Source: an uncultured Eubacteriales bacterium (GTDB lineage Bacteria > Bacillota > Clostridia > Oscillospirales > CAG-272). Taken from it: a stretch of 64,000 bases of DNA. Made by a program: the position numbers and the translations under genes. This document shows, piece after piece, positions 9,626 to 18,630 of this stretch. The first letter of the stretch is position 1. Every line of letters starts with the position of its first letter. The notes under the pieces are model-generated. The model searched no databases. It was not told the DNA's origin and was given only the letters and a program-made list of their open reading frames with translations. Location of the stretch: assembly GCA_905187695.1 (NCBI GenBank), contig CAJJIY010000003.1, forward strand, positions 4,812 to 68,811. The letters run 5' to 3'.

Positions 9626-10495
9626 TTAGAGTTCTACGCCCTCATGCCGGAGGAAGTTGAGGCTACGGGCAATACCTTCCCGGCAGTCGGCTTCTCCTTC
9701 GTATTCCACTGAAAGATAACCGTCATAACCGGCACGCCGGAGAATGGCCAGACATTGCCGTATCGGCACCATTCCGTCGCCGACGGCGCATCCGACCAAA
9801 CGGTTGGCCGCGCGGGTATAAATACCCCCGGTGAATCCGTCGCCGAACGGATGGAAATAAAAATCTTTGGCATGGGCATGAATGGCATAAGGCGCCAGAC
9901 GGGAAACGGCCTGGGGGATATCCTCATCCACACAGGCGAAATTGCCCATGTCCAGCAAAAGGCCGTAATTGTCATGGCCGACAGCAACAAAAAGCGATTC
10001 CACCCGCTGGCTGTCCTGTGCCACAAAGCCATGGTTTTCCGAACAGGTGCGCACGCCGACCGACTGCCCGTATGCGGTGACTTCCCGGATATTCCGTGCA
10101 AGCGTCGGGAGCATTCCGTAAAAACTCCGCCCCGCCCCGGCGGGCGCAAGTTTTGAGCAGACATCGTGCCGCATGAGCGGTGCGCCGAGCGCGGCGGCCA
10201 CATCCAACTGTCGGCAAAGACGGTCAATTTCGGCTTTGGCGGCGTCCCCCTCTTTAAAAAGATCCGCGCCGATGGTATAGGATACGATTTTCATACCAAG
10301 GCGATTGGCTTCGGCGCGCAGCGCCTGGGCATAGGCCAGTTGTTCTTTGAGTGTAGCGCCGGGTTTCGGTGCGAGATCGGTAAACTCAATGGCGCGAAAG
10401 CCTATATCATGAGCGGCAGAAAGAGTGTCAAACTGTGTCATTTCTCCCTTTCTGAGAGCCTGACTGAAGGAATAGGAACTGACGGATACTTTCAT
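9626..10495 (-). CDS. Sugar phosphate isomerase/epimerase (xylose isomerase-like TIM barrel)
   Basis: I start the gene at the internal ATG at 10495 (MKVSVSSYSFSQAL..GFRAIEF). The 220 codons upstream in the track ORF are low-complexity and cross a promoter region. 289 aa. Confidence 0.75.
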   Translation of the reverse strand: MKVSVSSYSFSQALRKGEMTQFDTLSAAHDIGFRAIEFTDLAPKPGATLKEQLAYAQALRAEANRLGMKIVSYTIGADLFKEGDAAKAEIDRLCRQLDVAAALGAPLMRHDVCSKLAPAGAGRSFYGMLPTLARNIREVTAYGQSVGVRTCSENHGFVAQDSQRVESLFVAVGHDNYGLLLDMGNFACVDEDIPQAVSRLAPYAIHAHAKDFYFHPFGDGFTGGIYTRAANRLVGCAVGDGMVPIRQCLAILRRAGYDGYLSVEYEGEADCREGIARSLNFLRHEGVEL

Positions 10496-10916
10496 TTTTT
10501 TACTCCTTTTTCGCGGTTGCCTGTTCGGTGGCGCAATTCTTGTCCTCATTATAACCGAGATGCACGCCGAAAGCAAGAGAAAAGAGAAAATTTGAGGGGG
10601 ATTTGAGACGGAAAACCGGAGGCTTTTCCGAAAAAGGACTTGCTTTCCGAAAACGGAAAGTGGGAAAATTTTCCCGTTTTTCACCCGAAAAAGTGCCTTT
10701 AGCCTGTGGAAAACTTTGTGGAAACTGTGTAAAACCCCTGAAAACAAGCGCTGTTGTCCGAAAACGACTTTTGATGTCGCTGTGAAAAAGTGCCGCCGCG
10801 GCAAATGCTTTTTTGCCCCCGTACTTTCTTTTATTTTTTTCCGCAGACCGAAAAATTTTCGCCCGGAATCAAAAGCGGAAAATCCGGCATAACCGGGGCG
10901 AAATCGGGAGGCGCTC

Positions 10917-10945
10917 TTGACAGATAAAATATCGAGGTGTATAAT
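10917..10945 (+). promoter_or_regulatory. Consensus sigma-A promoter of the transketolase operon
   Basis: -35 TTGACA (10917-10922), 17-nt spacer, -10 TATAAT (10940-10945). Confidence 0.55.
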
Positions 10946-10990
10946 AAATGCTGTAAATATCGGCGCGCGCGCGTCTTGGTGGAGGCAAAT

Positions 10991-11818
10991 ATGGAAAAGA
11001 CAAAAAAACAGGAGCTGGCGGCGCTTGCCGCGCAGATCCGGCTGGATATTCTGGATGAGGTCCACGCCGCTAAATCCGGACATCCGGGCGGCTCGCTTTC
11101 GATTGCGGATCTTCTGGCCTATCTTTATACTTCGGAAATGCGGGTGAATCCCCAAAATCCGAAAGATGAAAGCCGGGATCGCCTGGTTCTTTCAAAAGGA
11201 CACACCGCGCCCGCGCTCTATGCGGTTCTGGCCGAAAAGGGATTTCTGCCCCGGGCGGATCTGCTGACGCTGCGCAAGGCGGATTCTTATCTGCAGGGGC
11301 ACCCTGATATGAAACATACCCCGGGGATTGATATGAGCACCGGCTCATTGGGCCTTGGCATTTCGGCCGCCTGCGGCATGGCGCTGGCCGCCAAGTTGCG
11401 GGGAAATGACTACCGGGTGTATACCATTATCGGAGACGGCGAGAGCGAGGAAGGCCAGGTCTGGGAAGCGGCCATGTTTGCCGCGCACTACAAACTGGAC
11501 AATCTTTGCGTGATACTGGATCTCAACGGTCTGCAGATCGACGGTCCGACGGCCGAGGTCATGAACCCCGCGCCGCACGACAAAAAGTTTGAAGCATTCG
11601 GCTTTGCGGTCGAAAAAGCAGACGCGCATGATTTCGATTCGCTTGAAAAAGCCTTCCGCCGCGCCCGCGCAAACAAAGGAAAACCGACGGCCATCATTAT
11701 GAAATCAATCAAAGGCAAAGGCGTGTCCTTTATGGAAAATCAGGTCGGATGGCACGGAAAAGCGCCTAACGACGCACAGTATGAAGAAGCTGTGGCCGAG
11801 ATCAAGGCTAAGATGTGA
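10991..11818 (+). CDS. Transketolase, N-terminal (TPP-binding) subunit
   Basis: Start chosen at ATG 10991, after a GGAGG RBS. Motifs GHPGGSLS and IGDGESEEGQVWEA fit the TPP-binding domain. A split transketolase is typical of Clostridia. Confidence 0.9.
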   Translation: MEKTKKQELAALAAQIRLDILDEVHAAKSGHPGGSLSIADLLAYLYTSEMRVNPQNPKDESRDRLVLSKGHTAPALYAVLAEKGFLPRADLLTLRKADSYLQGHPDMKHTPGIDMSTGSLGLGISAACGMALAAKLRGNDYRVYTIIGDGESEEGQVWEAAMFAAHYKLDNLCVILDLNGLQIDGPTAEVMNPAPHDKKFEAFGFAVEKADAHDFDSLEKAFRRARANKGKPTAIIMKSIKGKGVSFMENQVGWHGKAPNDAQYEEAVAEIKAKM

Positions 11819-11832
11819 GGGGGGAAGAGAAA

Positions 11833-12774
11833 ATGAGCGAAAAGATCGCAACCAGAGAGGCCTACGGAAACGCGCTGGCCGAATTCGGTGACAAATATAA
11901 TTTTGTGGTGCTGGATGCCGACCTGGCCGAGGCCACCAAAACCTGCATTTTCAAAAAGAAATTCCCCAAACGCCATTTCGATTGCGGCATTGCCGAGGGA
12001 AACATGATGAGCGTGGCGGCGGGGCTCGCGGCTGCCGGCATCGTTCCCTTCGCCTCTTCTTTTGCCATGTTCGCGGCCGGAAGAGCCTTTGAGCAGATCC
12101 GGAATTCCATCGGCTATCCCCATCTCAATGTCAAGATCGGTGCCACGCACGCCGGAATCTCGGTGGGCGAGGACGGCGCCACCCATCAGTGCAACGAAGA
12201 CATTGCCCTGATGCGGACCATTCCCGGCATGGTGATCATCAATCCGGCCGACGCCGTGGAGGCCCGCGCGGCCGTGGAAGCGGCTATTCTGCACGAAGGG
12301 CCGGTTTATCTGCGCTTCGGTCGCTTACCTGTCCCGGTGTTCAACGATCGGGCCACCTACCGTTTTGAACTGGGACGCGGTGTGACGCTCAGAGAGGGGA
12401 ACGATGTGACGCTGGTTGCCACCGGGTTGATGGTGGAAAAGACGCTTGCGGCCGCCGAGTTGCTTTCTGCCGATCATATTTCGGCACGGGTGCTGAATAT
12501 TCACACCATCAAGCCGCTTGACAAAGCGCTGATCCTTTCGGCCGCGGCCGAGACCGGCGCGATTGTCACCGCGGAAGAACACAGCGTGATCGGCGGGCTT
12601 GGCTCTGCCGTGACCGAAGCCGTCTGTGAAGCCCGGCCGGTTCCGGTTCTCCGGGTCGGTATGGAAGACACCTACGGCCGTTCCGGTACGCCGGATGCGC
12701 TCATGGAGATCTACGGGCTGACGGCCGCACAGATCGCCGCCAAAGCCAAGGCCGCCATTCTTCTGAAGAAATAA
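11833..12774 (+). CDS. Transketolase, C-terminal (pyrimidine-binding) subunit
   Basis: Start chosen at ATG 11833 (MSEKIATREAYG). Contains FDCGIAEGNMMSVAAGLA. Follows the N-terminal subunit directly. Confidence 0.9.
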   Translation: MSEKIATREAYGNALAEFGDKYNFVVLDADLAEATKTCIFKKKFPKRHFDCGIAEGNMMSVAAGLAAAGIVPFASSFAMFAAGRAFEQIRNSIGYPHLNVKIGATHAGISVGEDGATHQCNEDIALMRTIPGMVIINPADAVEARAAVEAAILHEGPVYLRFGRLPVPVFNDRATYRFELGRGVTLREGNDVTLVATGLMVEKTLAAAELLSADHISARVLNIHTIKPLDKALILSAAAETGAIVTAEEHSVIGGLGSAVTEAVCEARPVPVLRVGMEDTYGRSGTPDALMEIYGLTAAQIAAKAKAAILLKK

Positions 12775-12776
12775 AG

Positions 12777-13112
12777 ATGGAGCAAAAACGATTTGTCAAG
12801 AATGACAGCGGGTTTGTCTGTGCGCATTGCAAACGGGAAGTGAAACCGCTCGGGTTCACTTCCCGCAATCACTGCCCGTTTTGCCTGTGGAGTCTTCATG
12901 TGGATGTGAATCCGGGGGACCGCGCCAATCCGTGTCAGGGGCAGATGGAGCCGATCTCGGCCGAGCCGGACCGTCGGAAAGGGTATATTATTACCCATCG
13001 CTGTACCCGGTGCGGCGCTATCCGAAGAAACCGGGCGGCACAAGAGGCCAGAATTCAACCCGACAATCTGCCGCTTCTGATTGCTTTGACGGCACACGGT
13101 GGCGGGAAATAA
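12777..13112 (+). CDS. RNHCP domain protein (Cys-rich, zinc-ribbon-like)
   Basis: 111 aa containing the literal motif SRNHCPFCLWSLHVD plus CxxC pairs. Confidence 0.7.
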   Translation: MEQKRFVKNDSGFVCAHCKREVKPLGFTSRNHCPFCLWSLHVDVNPGDRANPCQGQMEPISAEPDRRKGYIITHRCTRCGAIRRNRAAQEARIQPDNLPLLIALTAHGGGK

Positions 13113-13128
13113 CGAAAAAGGAGGTGCG

Positions 13129-14148
13129 ATGATGAAAAAGCTGTCATGGACGGCGCTTTTATCCGCGCTTCTTTTCCTTTTGTCTTCCTGCGGGCGGGGA
13201 GCGACTTATCTTTATGCGGAAGCCTCGCACACACACATTTACGGCCACTGGTATGATGTGGAATCTGTGACCTGCACGCACGAGGGCAGTCAGGTGCGCT
13301 ATTGCAAGATCTGTCGCGCCGAAGAGCTGGCTACGGTGGAGATCGACCCGGATATAGCCTTCCGCGCGCACGACTTTACCCTTACAGTTCACGCGCCGAC
13401 CGAATGTGAAGAAGGATATACCGAAAAACATTGCCAGCGTTGTGGTTATGTGGTGGCACGGGCGGATGTCCTGCCGCCGCTTTACGCGTTGCTGGTCACG
13501 GAAAATACCAAAATTACCGCGCCGGAGGGCGTTACGGCCGCCGTGATGTCGGATACGCTTACGCATACGCTTTCCTATTGTACGGCGCAAAGGACGCCGG
13601 TCGATGCCGAAGTGGCGTTCCGGCTGTTGATCTGCCTGACAGTCACGCAGGTGATGGAAGAATCGTCCGGTCTTTCAGCGGAAACGCCTGTAACGATACA
13701 GGAGGGTACGCTGGCAGGGCGGACCTATACGCTGGGTCAGCTTCTTTCGGCTTTCCTGAAGACCGGAAACCGGGGTTGCCTTTACGGGTTCTCCGCGGCG
13801 CTGGGAACAGACGACACGGGATTTTCAAAAAAAGTGGCCGAACGGGGTCAAAAACTCGGCCTTGCAGATTCGCGGCTTCAACCGTTTGAAGAGGCGGAAA
13901 ACAAGACCACCTTGCTGGACACCGGCACGCTTTTGCTGCGCGCCCTTTCCTCCCCCCTGCTTCCGGAAATCTTAAAAGAAGGGGTTCCCGAACTTTGCCA
14001 GGTGGCGGGGAAAAAGCCGGCTCTTTACCTTTCGGATGCGGCCGGAAAATTCCGCGTATCCGGATTTAATACCGGGGACGGGGTGGTTTTTCTGCTGCTT
14101 TTCGGAGAATCACTGCCGGAGGATGCGGAAGTTTATTATTACCGCTGA
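13129..14148 (+). CDS. Putative lipoprotein; Cys-rich N-terminal region and a possible degenerate D-Ala-D-Ala carboxypeptidase-like C-terminal region
   Basis: Start chosen at ATG 13129, after a GGAGG RBS. Signal peptide and lipobox MMKKLSWTALLSALLFLLSSC. The function assignment is weak. Confidence 0.55.
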   Translation: MMKKLSWTALLSALLFLLSSCGRGATYLYAEASHTHIYGHWYDVESVTCTHEGSQVRYCKICRAEELATVEIDPDIAFRAHDFTLTVHAPTECEEGYTEKHCQRCGYVVARADVLPPLYALLVTENTKITAPEGVTAAVMSDTLTHTLSYCTAQRTPVDAEVAFRLLICLTVTQVMEESSGLSAETPVTIQEGTLAGRTYTLGQLLSAFLKTGNRGCLYGFSAALGTDDTGFSKKVAERGQKLGLADSRLQPFEEAENKTTLLDTGTLLLRALSSPLLPEILKEGVPELCQVAGKKPALYLSDAAGKFRVSGFNTGDGVVFLLLFGESLPEDAEVYYYR

Positions 14149-14190
14149 AGAGAGTGACAAACTTTTTGCGCCCATCCCTTTTTTCAAATG

Positions 14191-14251
14191 AAAGAGCGCA
14201 CATTTCGGTTTCGTCTTTCCCCCAATGAGGGCGAACCGGTGTGCGCTCTTT
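14191..14251. terminator. Long hairpin between convergent genes (terminator-like)
   Basis: 12-bp arms aaagagcgcaca (14191-14202) and tgtgcgctcttt (14240-14251), followed by a T-rich run. Confidence 0.45.
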
Positions 14252-14286
14252 ATTCATTTTTTGAAGTGCATCTGCAAGGTTTCCGA

Positions 14287-15120
14287 TCAGTATTTCTTTG
14301 TTGCAAGCGCATCCAGCGTTTTTTGGATTTTCTCGTCGGCGTTTTGCGTATGACAGGTTACATAATAATAAAGGGTGTCCACAATGGCAAGCTGTGTAAT
14401 CCGGGAAGTGAGGCCAAGAATGCGGTAATTGATTTCGTCCGAGGCCGTTGCCAGAATATAGTCCGAATACTTGTAGACGGGGGATTTGTTGGCATCGGTA
14501 ATGGTAACGGTAACGGCTTTGCAGGTTTTTGCGACCTTGAGCGCGTCGATGATATCCTTTGAACTGCCGCTGTGTGTGATGGCAATGATTACGCAATGCT
14601 CGTCCAGGTGAGAAGAAGCGATGACCTGCATATGGTTGTCGGTGTAGGCCGTTGCGTCATAGCCCAGACGCAGAAGTTTATGCGCGGCGTCGGTGGCTAC
14701 CGACGAAGAATTTCCAAGGCCGAAAACCAGGATGCGCCGGGCGTGAAGGATGGCTTCGCACGCCGCTTTGAATTTTTCGTTGTTAATGAGTTTCTTGGTT
14801 TTTTCAAGGGAACAGTAAATATCATCGGTGACTTTCAGAAAAACGGCTTCCGGTGTATCGTCTGCCGAAATTTTTTCGTTGACATCCCGGTCGCCGGAAG
14901 TGCCCGCCATGGAAATTTTCAGTTGCTGAAAACCGCTCAGCCCCAGGCGGCGGGAAAAGCGGGTGATGGTGGCCTCGCTGCTGCCCGAAAGATCCGCCAG
15001 TTCGCTGATGGAAAGGGAGATGAGTTTTTCGGGATTTTTAAGGACATAATCGGCAATTCTTTTTTCGGAGCTGCCGAGTTTCGGATAGGCAATTTTAATA
15101 TCAAGCAGGATATCTTTCAT
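14287..15120 (-). CDS. RpiR/MurR family transcriptional regulator (HTH plus SIS domain)
   Basis: Start chosen at the internal ATG at 15120 (MKDILLDIKIAYPKLGSSEKRIADYVL). HTH ISELADLSGSSEATITRFSRRLG. SIS motif VFGLGNSSSVA. Divergent from the catabolic operon. Confidence 0.85.
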   Translation of the reverse strand: MKDILLDIKIAYPKLGSSEKRIADYVLKNPEKLISLSISELADLSGSSEATITRFSRRLGLSGFQQLKISMAGTSGDRDVNEKISADDTPEAVFLKVTDDIYCSLEKTKKLINNEKFKAACEAILHARRILVFGLGNSSSVATDAAHKLLRLGYDATAYTDNHMQVIASSHLDEHCVIIAITHSGSSKDIIDALKVAKTCKAVTVTITDANKSPVYKYSDYILATASDEINYRILGLTSRITQLAIVDTLYYYVTCHTQNADEKIQKTLDALATKKY

Positions 15121-15213
15121 AGGCACAGGCTCCTTTCCGGTTTCTCTCATTATAGAATTTTTATCGGAAAATGTCAAGAGATGAAAATAATTTTCACTTT
15201 TTTCGCCAAGTAC

Positions 15214-15242
15214 TTGAAAAATATTTTCGAATGTGGTATGAT
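15214..15242 (+). promoter_or_regulatory. Extended -10 promoter of the sugar catabolic operon
   Basis: -35 TTGAAA (15214-15219), 17-nt spacer, TGgTATGAT with the -10 hexamer at 15237-15242. Confidence 0.5.
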
Positions 15243-15294
15243 GTTTGGCGACAGGACATTTTGAAATAAAAATTATTTTCAATCCGGAGGGCGT

Positions 15295-16719
15295 ATGAAC
15301 GAATTCTTAATGACGCAGATTCTGACCGAACTGGAAGATGCGGTCGGCGAAGAAAACTGCTCGGTCAAAGAAGTGGACAAACTGACGCACAGCGTGGATT
15401 ATTTCTGGCTGTCGAGAATGTGGGCGGACAGGGGCAGGAGAATGCCCGAGGCGGATTTTGTGGTGTCGCCGCTCAATGCCGAAGAGACTTCCAAAGTTCT
15501 CAAAATTGCCAACTACTATAAGATTCCCGTTACGACCTGGGGCGGTGGCGGCGGCACACAGGGCGGTGCATTGCCGGTTGCGGGCGGTATTCTTCTGGAT
15601 ACCAAGCGGATGAACCGGATCTATGAAGTCAACACCGAAGGGATGTATATCGAGTGCGGCGCAGGCGCGATCTATAAACACATTGAATGGGCAGCCAACG
15701 AAAAAGGCTATGCCACCATGCACTATCCCTCTTCCCTTACCTGTTCCACGGTCGGCGGTTTTCTGGCACACCGGGGAATCGGCGTGGTCTCGACCAAGTA
15801 TGGAAAAATCGACGACATGGTGCTTTCGATGGAGGTGGTCCTCCCAAGCGGCGAGATCATTCACACTTCCAGCGCGCCCAAGCACGCCGCCGGCCCGGAT
15901 CTCAACCAGATTTTTATCGGTTCGGAGGGAACGCTGGGGGTCATTACCAAAGCGCAAATCCGGATCTATGAACAGCCGGAAGTGCGGCGTTTCAGAGGTT
16001 TTCTTTTCAAAGACATGTCCTCTGCTTTCCGGGCCAGCCGCGAGATTCTGCAAAAATTCAAGCCGTCCGTCATGCGTCTTTATGACGAGGCCGAAACGGC
16101 TTCGCTCATCAAAAAGATCGTCGGTGTGGAAAAGCCCGGCGCGTTTATGAATGTGGCCTATGAAGGCGTGAAGGAACTGGTGGATGTGGAAGAAAAGATC
16201 CTGCTGGAGACCTTCCTTCGATACGGGGCCGAGGATCTGGGCAGTGAATACGGCGAAAAGTGGTGGAAAGAAAAAATCACCTTCTTTTATCCCGGCAACA
16301 TGATGGATCTGCCGCAGATGTTCGGCACGATGGACACCATTGCGCCCTATGATAAGATCGAAAAAATTTATTATGCCATGAAGGAAAAGATTGAAAGTAC
16401 TTTCCCGCACGTCAAGTTTATCGCCCATTTTTCCCACTGGTATGAATGGGGTTGCATGGTATATGATCGGTTTATTCTTGATAAAGAGTTTGTGCCGCAA
16501 GACCCGGTCGAGGCCATGAAGCTTCATAATAAGATCTGGTCGGTGGGCGTCCGGACGGCCATTGCAAACGGCGGCGTGGTGAATGATCATCACGGCGTCG
16601 GCATCAAACTCGGCCGTTTGATGAAAGAGCAGTACGGCCCGGCCATGCAGGTCTTTGAGGGAATCAAAAAATCGCTGGATCCGAACGGGATCATGAATCC
16701 GTTTAAACTTGGATTATAA
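15295..16719 (+). CDS. FAD-linked oxidase (GlcD / D-lactate dehydrogenase / alkyl-DHAP synthase-like, PCMH-type FAD domain)
   Basis: 474 aa. FAD-binding segment TTWGGGGGTQGGALP. Length and layout are typical of the FAD_binding_4 plus FAD-oxidase_C family. Confidence 0.8.
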   Translation: MNEFLMTQILTELEDAVGEENCSVKEVDKLTHSVDYFWLSRMWADRGRRMPEADFVVSPLNAEETSKVLKIANYYKIPVTTWGGGGGTQGGALPVAGGILLDTKRMNRIYEVNTEGMYIECGAGAIYKHIEWAANEKGYATMHYPSSLTCSTVGGFLAHRGIGVVSTKYGKIDDMVLSMEVVLPSGEIIHTSSAPKHAAGPDLNQIFIGSEGTLGVITKAQIRIYEQPEVRRFRGFLFKDMSSAFRASREILQKFKPSVMRLYDEAETASLIKKIVGVEKPGAFMNVAYEGVKELVDVEEKILLETFLRYGAEDLGSEYGEKWWKEKITFFYPGNMMDLPQMFGTMDTIAPYDKIEKIYYAMKEKIESTFPHVKFIAHFSHWYEWGCMVYDRFILDKEFVPQDPVEAMKLHNKIWSVGVRTAIANGGVVNDHHGVGIKLGRLMKEQYGPAMQVFEGIKKSLDPNGIMNPFKLGL

Positions 16720-16730
16720 GGAGAAGCGTT

Positions 16731-17807
16731 ATGAATATATCTGAAAAATCCAAAAAACATATTGACAGTTGCCGTTTTTGCTGGATGTGCCGCCATATCT
16801 GCCCCATCGGAAACGCGACCGGACTGGAGAGAAACACCGCCCGTGCCCGCGCACTTTCGCTTTCAATGGTTTACCGCGGGGCAGAAAAACTGGAGGATAT
16901 GGCGGATAATCTTTTTGAATGTGCGCTGTGCGGCGCGTGCGTCAAGGAGTGCGTCACCGGGTGGGACCCGGTGAGTTTTACCGTGGAAGCCAAAACGCAG
17001 GCCAGTTTATCCGGCGTGCTGCCGGCGTATATTTTGAAGTTGGTGGAAAACTTTCAGAAATACGGCAATGTTTACGGCGCGGCGCTTCCGGAGGCGTCGG
17101 AATTCAGCGGGGAAGAGACCGACACGCTGCTGTATTTCGGTGAGACCACCCGCTATAAAAACACGGGGGCTGTCCGGGATGTTTCCGGATTGCTTCGCGC
17201 GGCGGGTGTCTCGTTTACCTCTTTGCGGGAAGAAGAGCCCAGCGGCTACTCTCTCTTTTATCTGACCGGGAAGACTGCCGAAACACGGGCACAGATGCAA
17301 AAATGCGCCGACTTGCTGAACGGATACCGGAAAGTGGTGGTCTATGACCCGGCGGATCTGAAACTGATGCTTCGCGAATACCGGGAATGGGGAGTGGAAC
17401 TCACCGCCGAAATCGTTTCTTTCCACACTTTTTTGAAAGAACTTCTGAAAAGCGGCGCGCTGAAAGTAAAAAGATCCGAAAGAATCTATACGCCGCAGGA
17501 TAATTTCAACTACAGCCGTGAACTTGAAGATGTGACCACTCTCCGGGAAATACTCGGCGCGGTCGGCACGGTCAGGGAGATGTTGCTGTCCGGCCGGGAT
17601 ACCATGTTTGCCGGGAGTCTTTTGATGAATGAATATATGCCGGATGTGATGAGAAAAGTGGCAATGGACCGCTGGGAAAATATGAGGGGCATGGGGCTTG
17701 ACTGCATTGTGACCGAAAGCTCGGACGAACAGGTTCTGCTCCGGGAAACGGCTCCGGCGGGATGCCGCGTTTTGTCCGCAGAACAGGCGATTCTTGAGAA
17801 CAGATAA
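16731..17807 (+). CDS. (Fe-S)-binding protein, GlcF-like, with apparently Cys-less CCG-type domains
   Basis: 358 aa. Two ferredoxin-type motifs, CRFCWMCRHICP and CALCGACVKEC. The rest resembles GlcF/HdrD-type proteins. Confidence 0.65.
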   Translation: MNISEKSKKHIDSCRFCWMCRHICPIGNATGLERNTARARALSLSMVYRGAEKLEDMADNLFECALCGACVKECVTGWDPVSFTVEAKTQASLSGVLPAYILKLVENFQKYGNVYGAALPEASEFSGEETDTLLYFGETTRYKNTGAVRDVSGLLRAAGVSFTSLREEEPSGYSLFYLTGKTAETRAQMQKCADLLNGYRKVVVYDPADLKLMLREYREWGVELTAEIVSFHTFLKELLKSGALKVKRSERIYTPQDNFNYSRELEDVTTLREILGAVGTVREMLLSGRDTMFAGSLLMNEYMPDVMRKVAMDRWENMRGMGLDCIVTESSDEQVLLRETAPAGCRVLSAEQAILENR

Positions 17808-17820
17808 GGGGGATATAAAA

Positions 17821-18612
17821 ATGAATCTGAAAAAAATCTGCCCGGACAGTTATGGATATCAGCGTGTGGTGACCAGCCGGAACAGCACGCTTACTTTTGA
17901 GGAAATGGATGTGCTGAAACTGCGCCGGGACGGTTCCTTCACGGTGAGAGAACAGGGCAAGGAATTTGCATTGGTGGTTCTCTGGGGTACCGTCACAGTG
18001 AAGGGAAAAGATTTTTGCTTTGAGCGTGTCGGCACCCGGAAATCGGTGTTTGACGGCGTGGGGGAGGCGGTATATGTCGGGCTGGATACCGAATTCACCG
18101 TAGAGGCCACGGGCGGCGAGGCAAAAGTCGTGATCGGGAAAGCGCCTGCCACCGTTTTTTATCCGCCCCAGGTCGCCCGGAGCGGCGATATTCAGAAAAA
18201 AGAACTCGGCAAGGGAGCTTACACACGGCTGGCCGCCTTCAATGTAGCTGAAAATATACGCGCGCAACGCATCTATATCGGGGAATTTTGGGTGGAGGAT
18301 GGCAACTGGGCCAGTTTTCCGCCGCACAAACACGATGTGCAGGATCTGCCCACGGAGGGTTTTTCGGACGAGATCTATTATTTTGAATTTGATAAGCCGC
18401 AGGGCTTTGGCGTGCAGATGGTATATACCAAAGAAGGAGATATCGAGGAGGCATACCGGGTCAAAAGCGGCGAATTGGTGGAAGTGCCGAAGGGATATCA
18501 TCCGTTTACGGTAGCGCCCGGATATAAAAACTATTGCCTGTGGCTGATGGCCGGCGATTCCAGAGGCCTTTTCCCCACGGTGGAGGAAGATCACCGGTGG
18601 ATCAACCGGTAA
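17821..18612 (+). CDS. iolB: 5-deoxy-glucuronate isomerase (IolB family cupin)
   Basis: Start chosen at ATG 17821. NWASFPPHKHD..EIYYFEF..GFGVQMVYT..VPKGYHP closely mirrors B. subtilis IolB (NWSSYPPHKHD..ETYYHEL..VPAGYHP). Confidence 0.75.
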   Translation: MNLKKICPDSYGYQRVVTSRNSTLTFEEMDVLKLRRDGSFTVREQGKEFALVVLWGTVTVKGKDFCFERVGTRKSVFDGVGEAVYVGLDTEFTVEATGGEAKVVIGKAPATVFYPPQVARSGDIQKKELGKGAYTRLAAFNVAENIRAQRIYIGEFWVEDGNWASFPPHKHDVQDLPTEGFSDEIYYFEFDKPQGFGVQMVYTKEGDIEEAYRVKSGELVEVPKGYHPFTVAPGYKNYCLWLMAGDSRGLFPTVEEDHRWINR

Positions 18613-18630
18613 ACGGGTGAGCGGTCGGTT

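Noticed and set aside
10496-11155. The 220-codon N-terminal extension of the track ORF 9626-11155 (509 aa)
   Set aside because: The extension is low-complexity, runs through the A-tract region and across the divergent transketolase promoter, and has no RBS. The isomerase domain starts at MKVSVSSYSF (ATG 10495).
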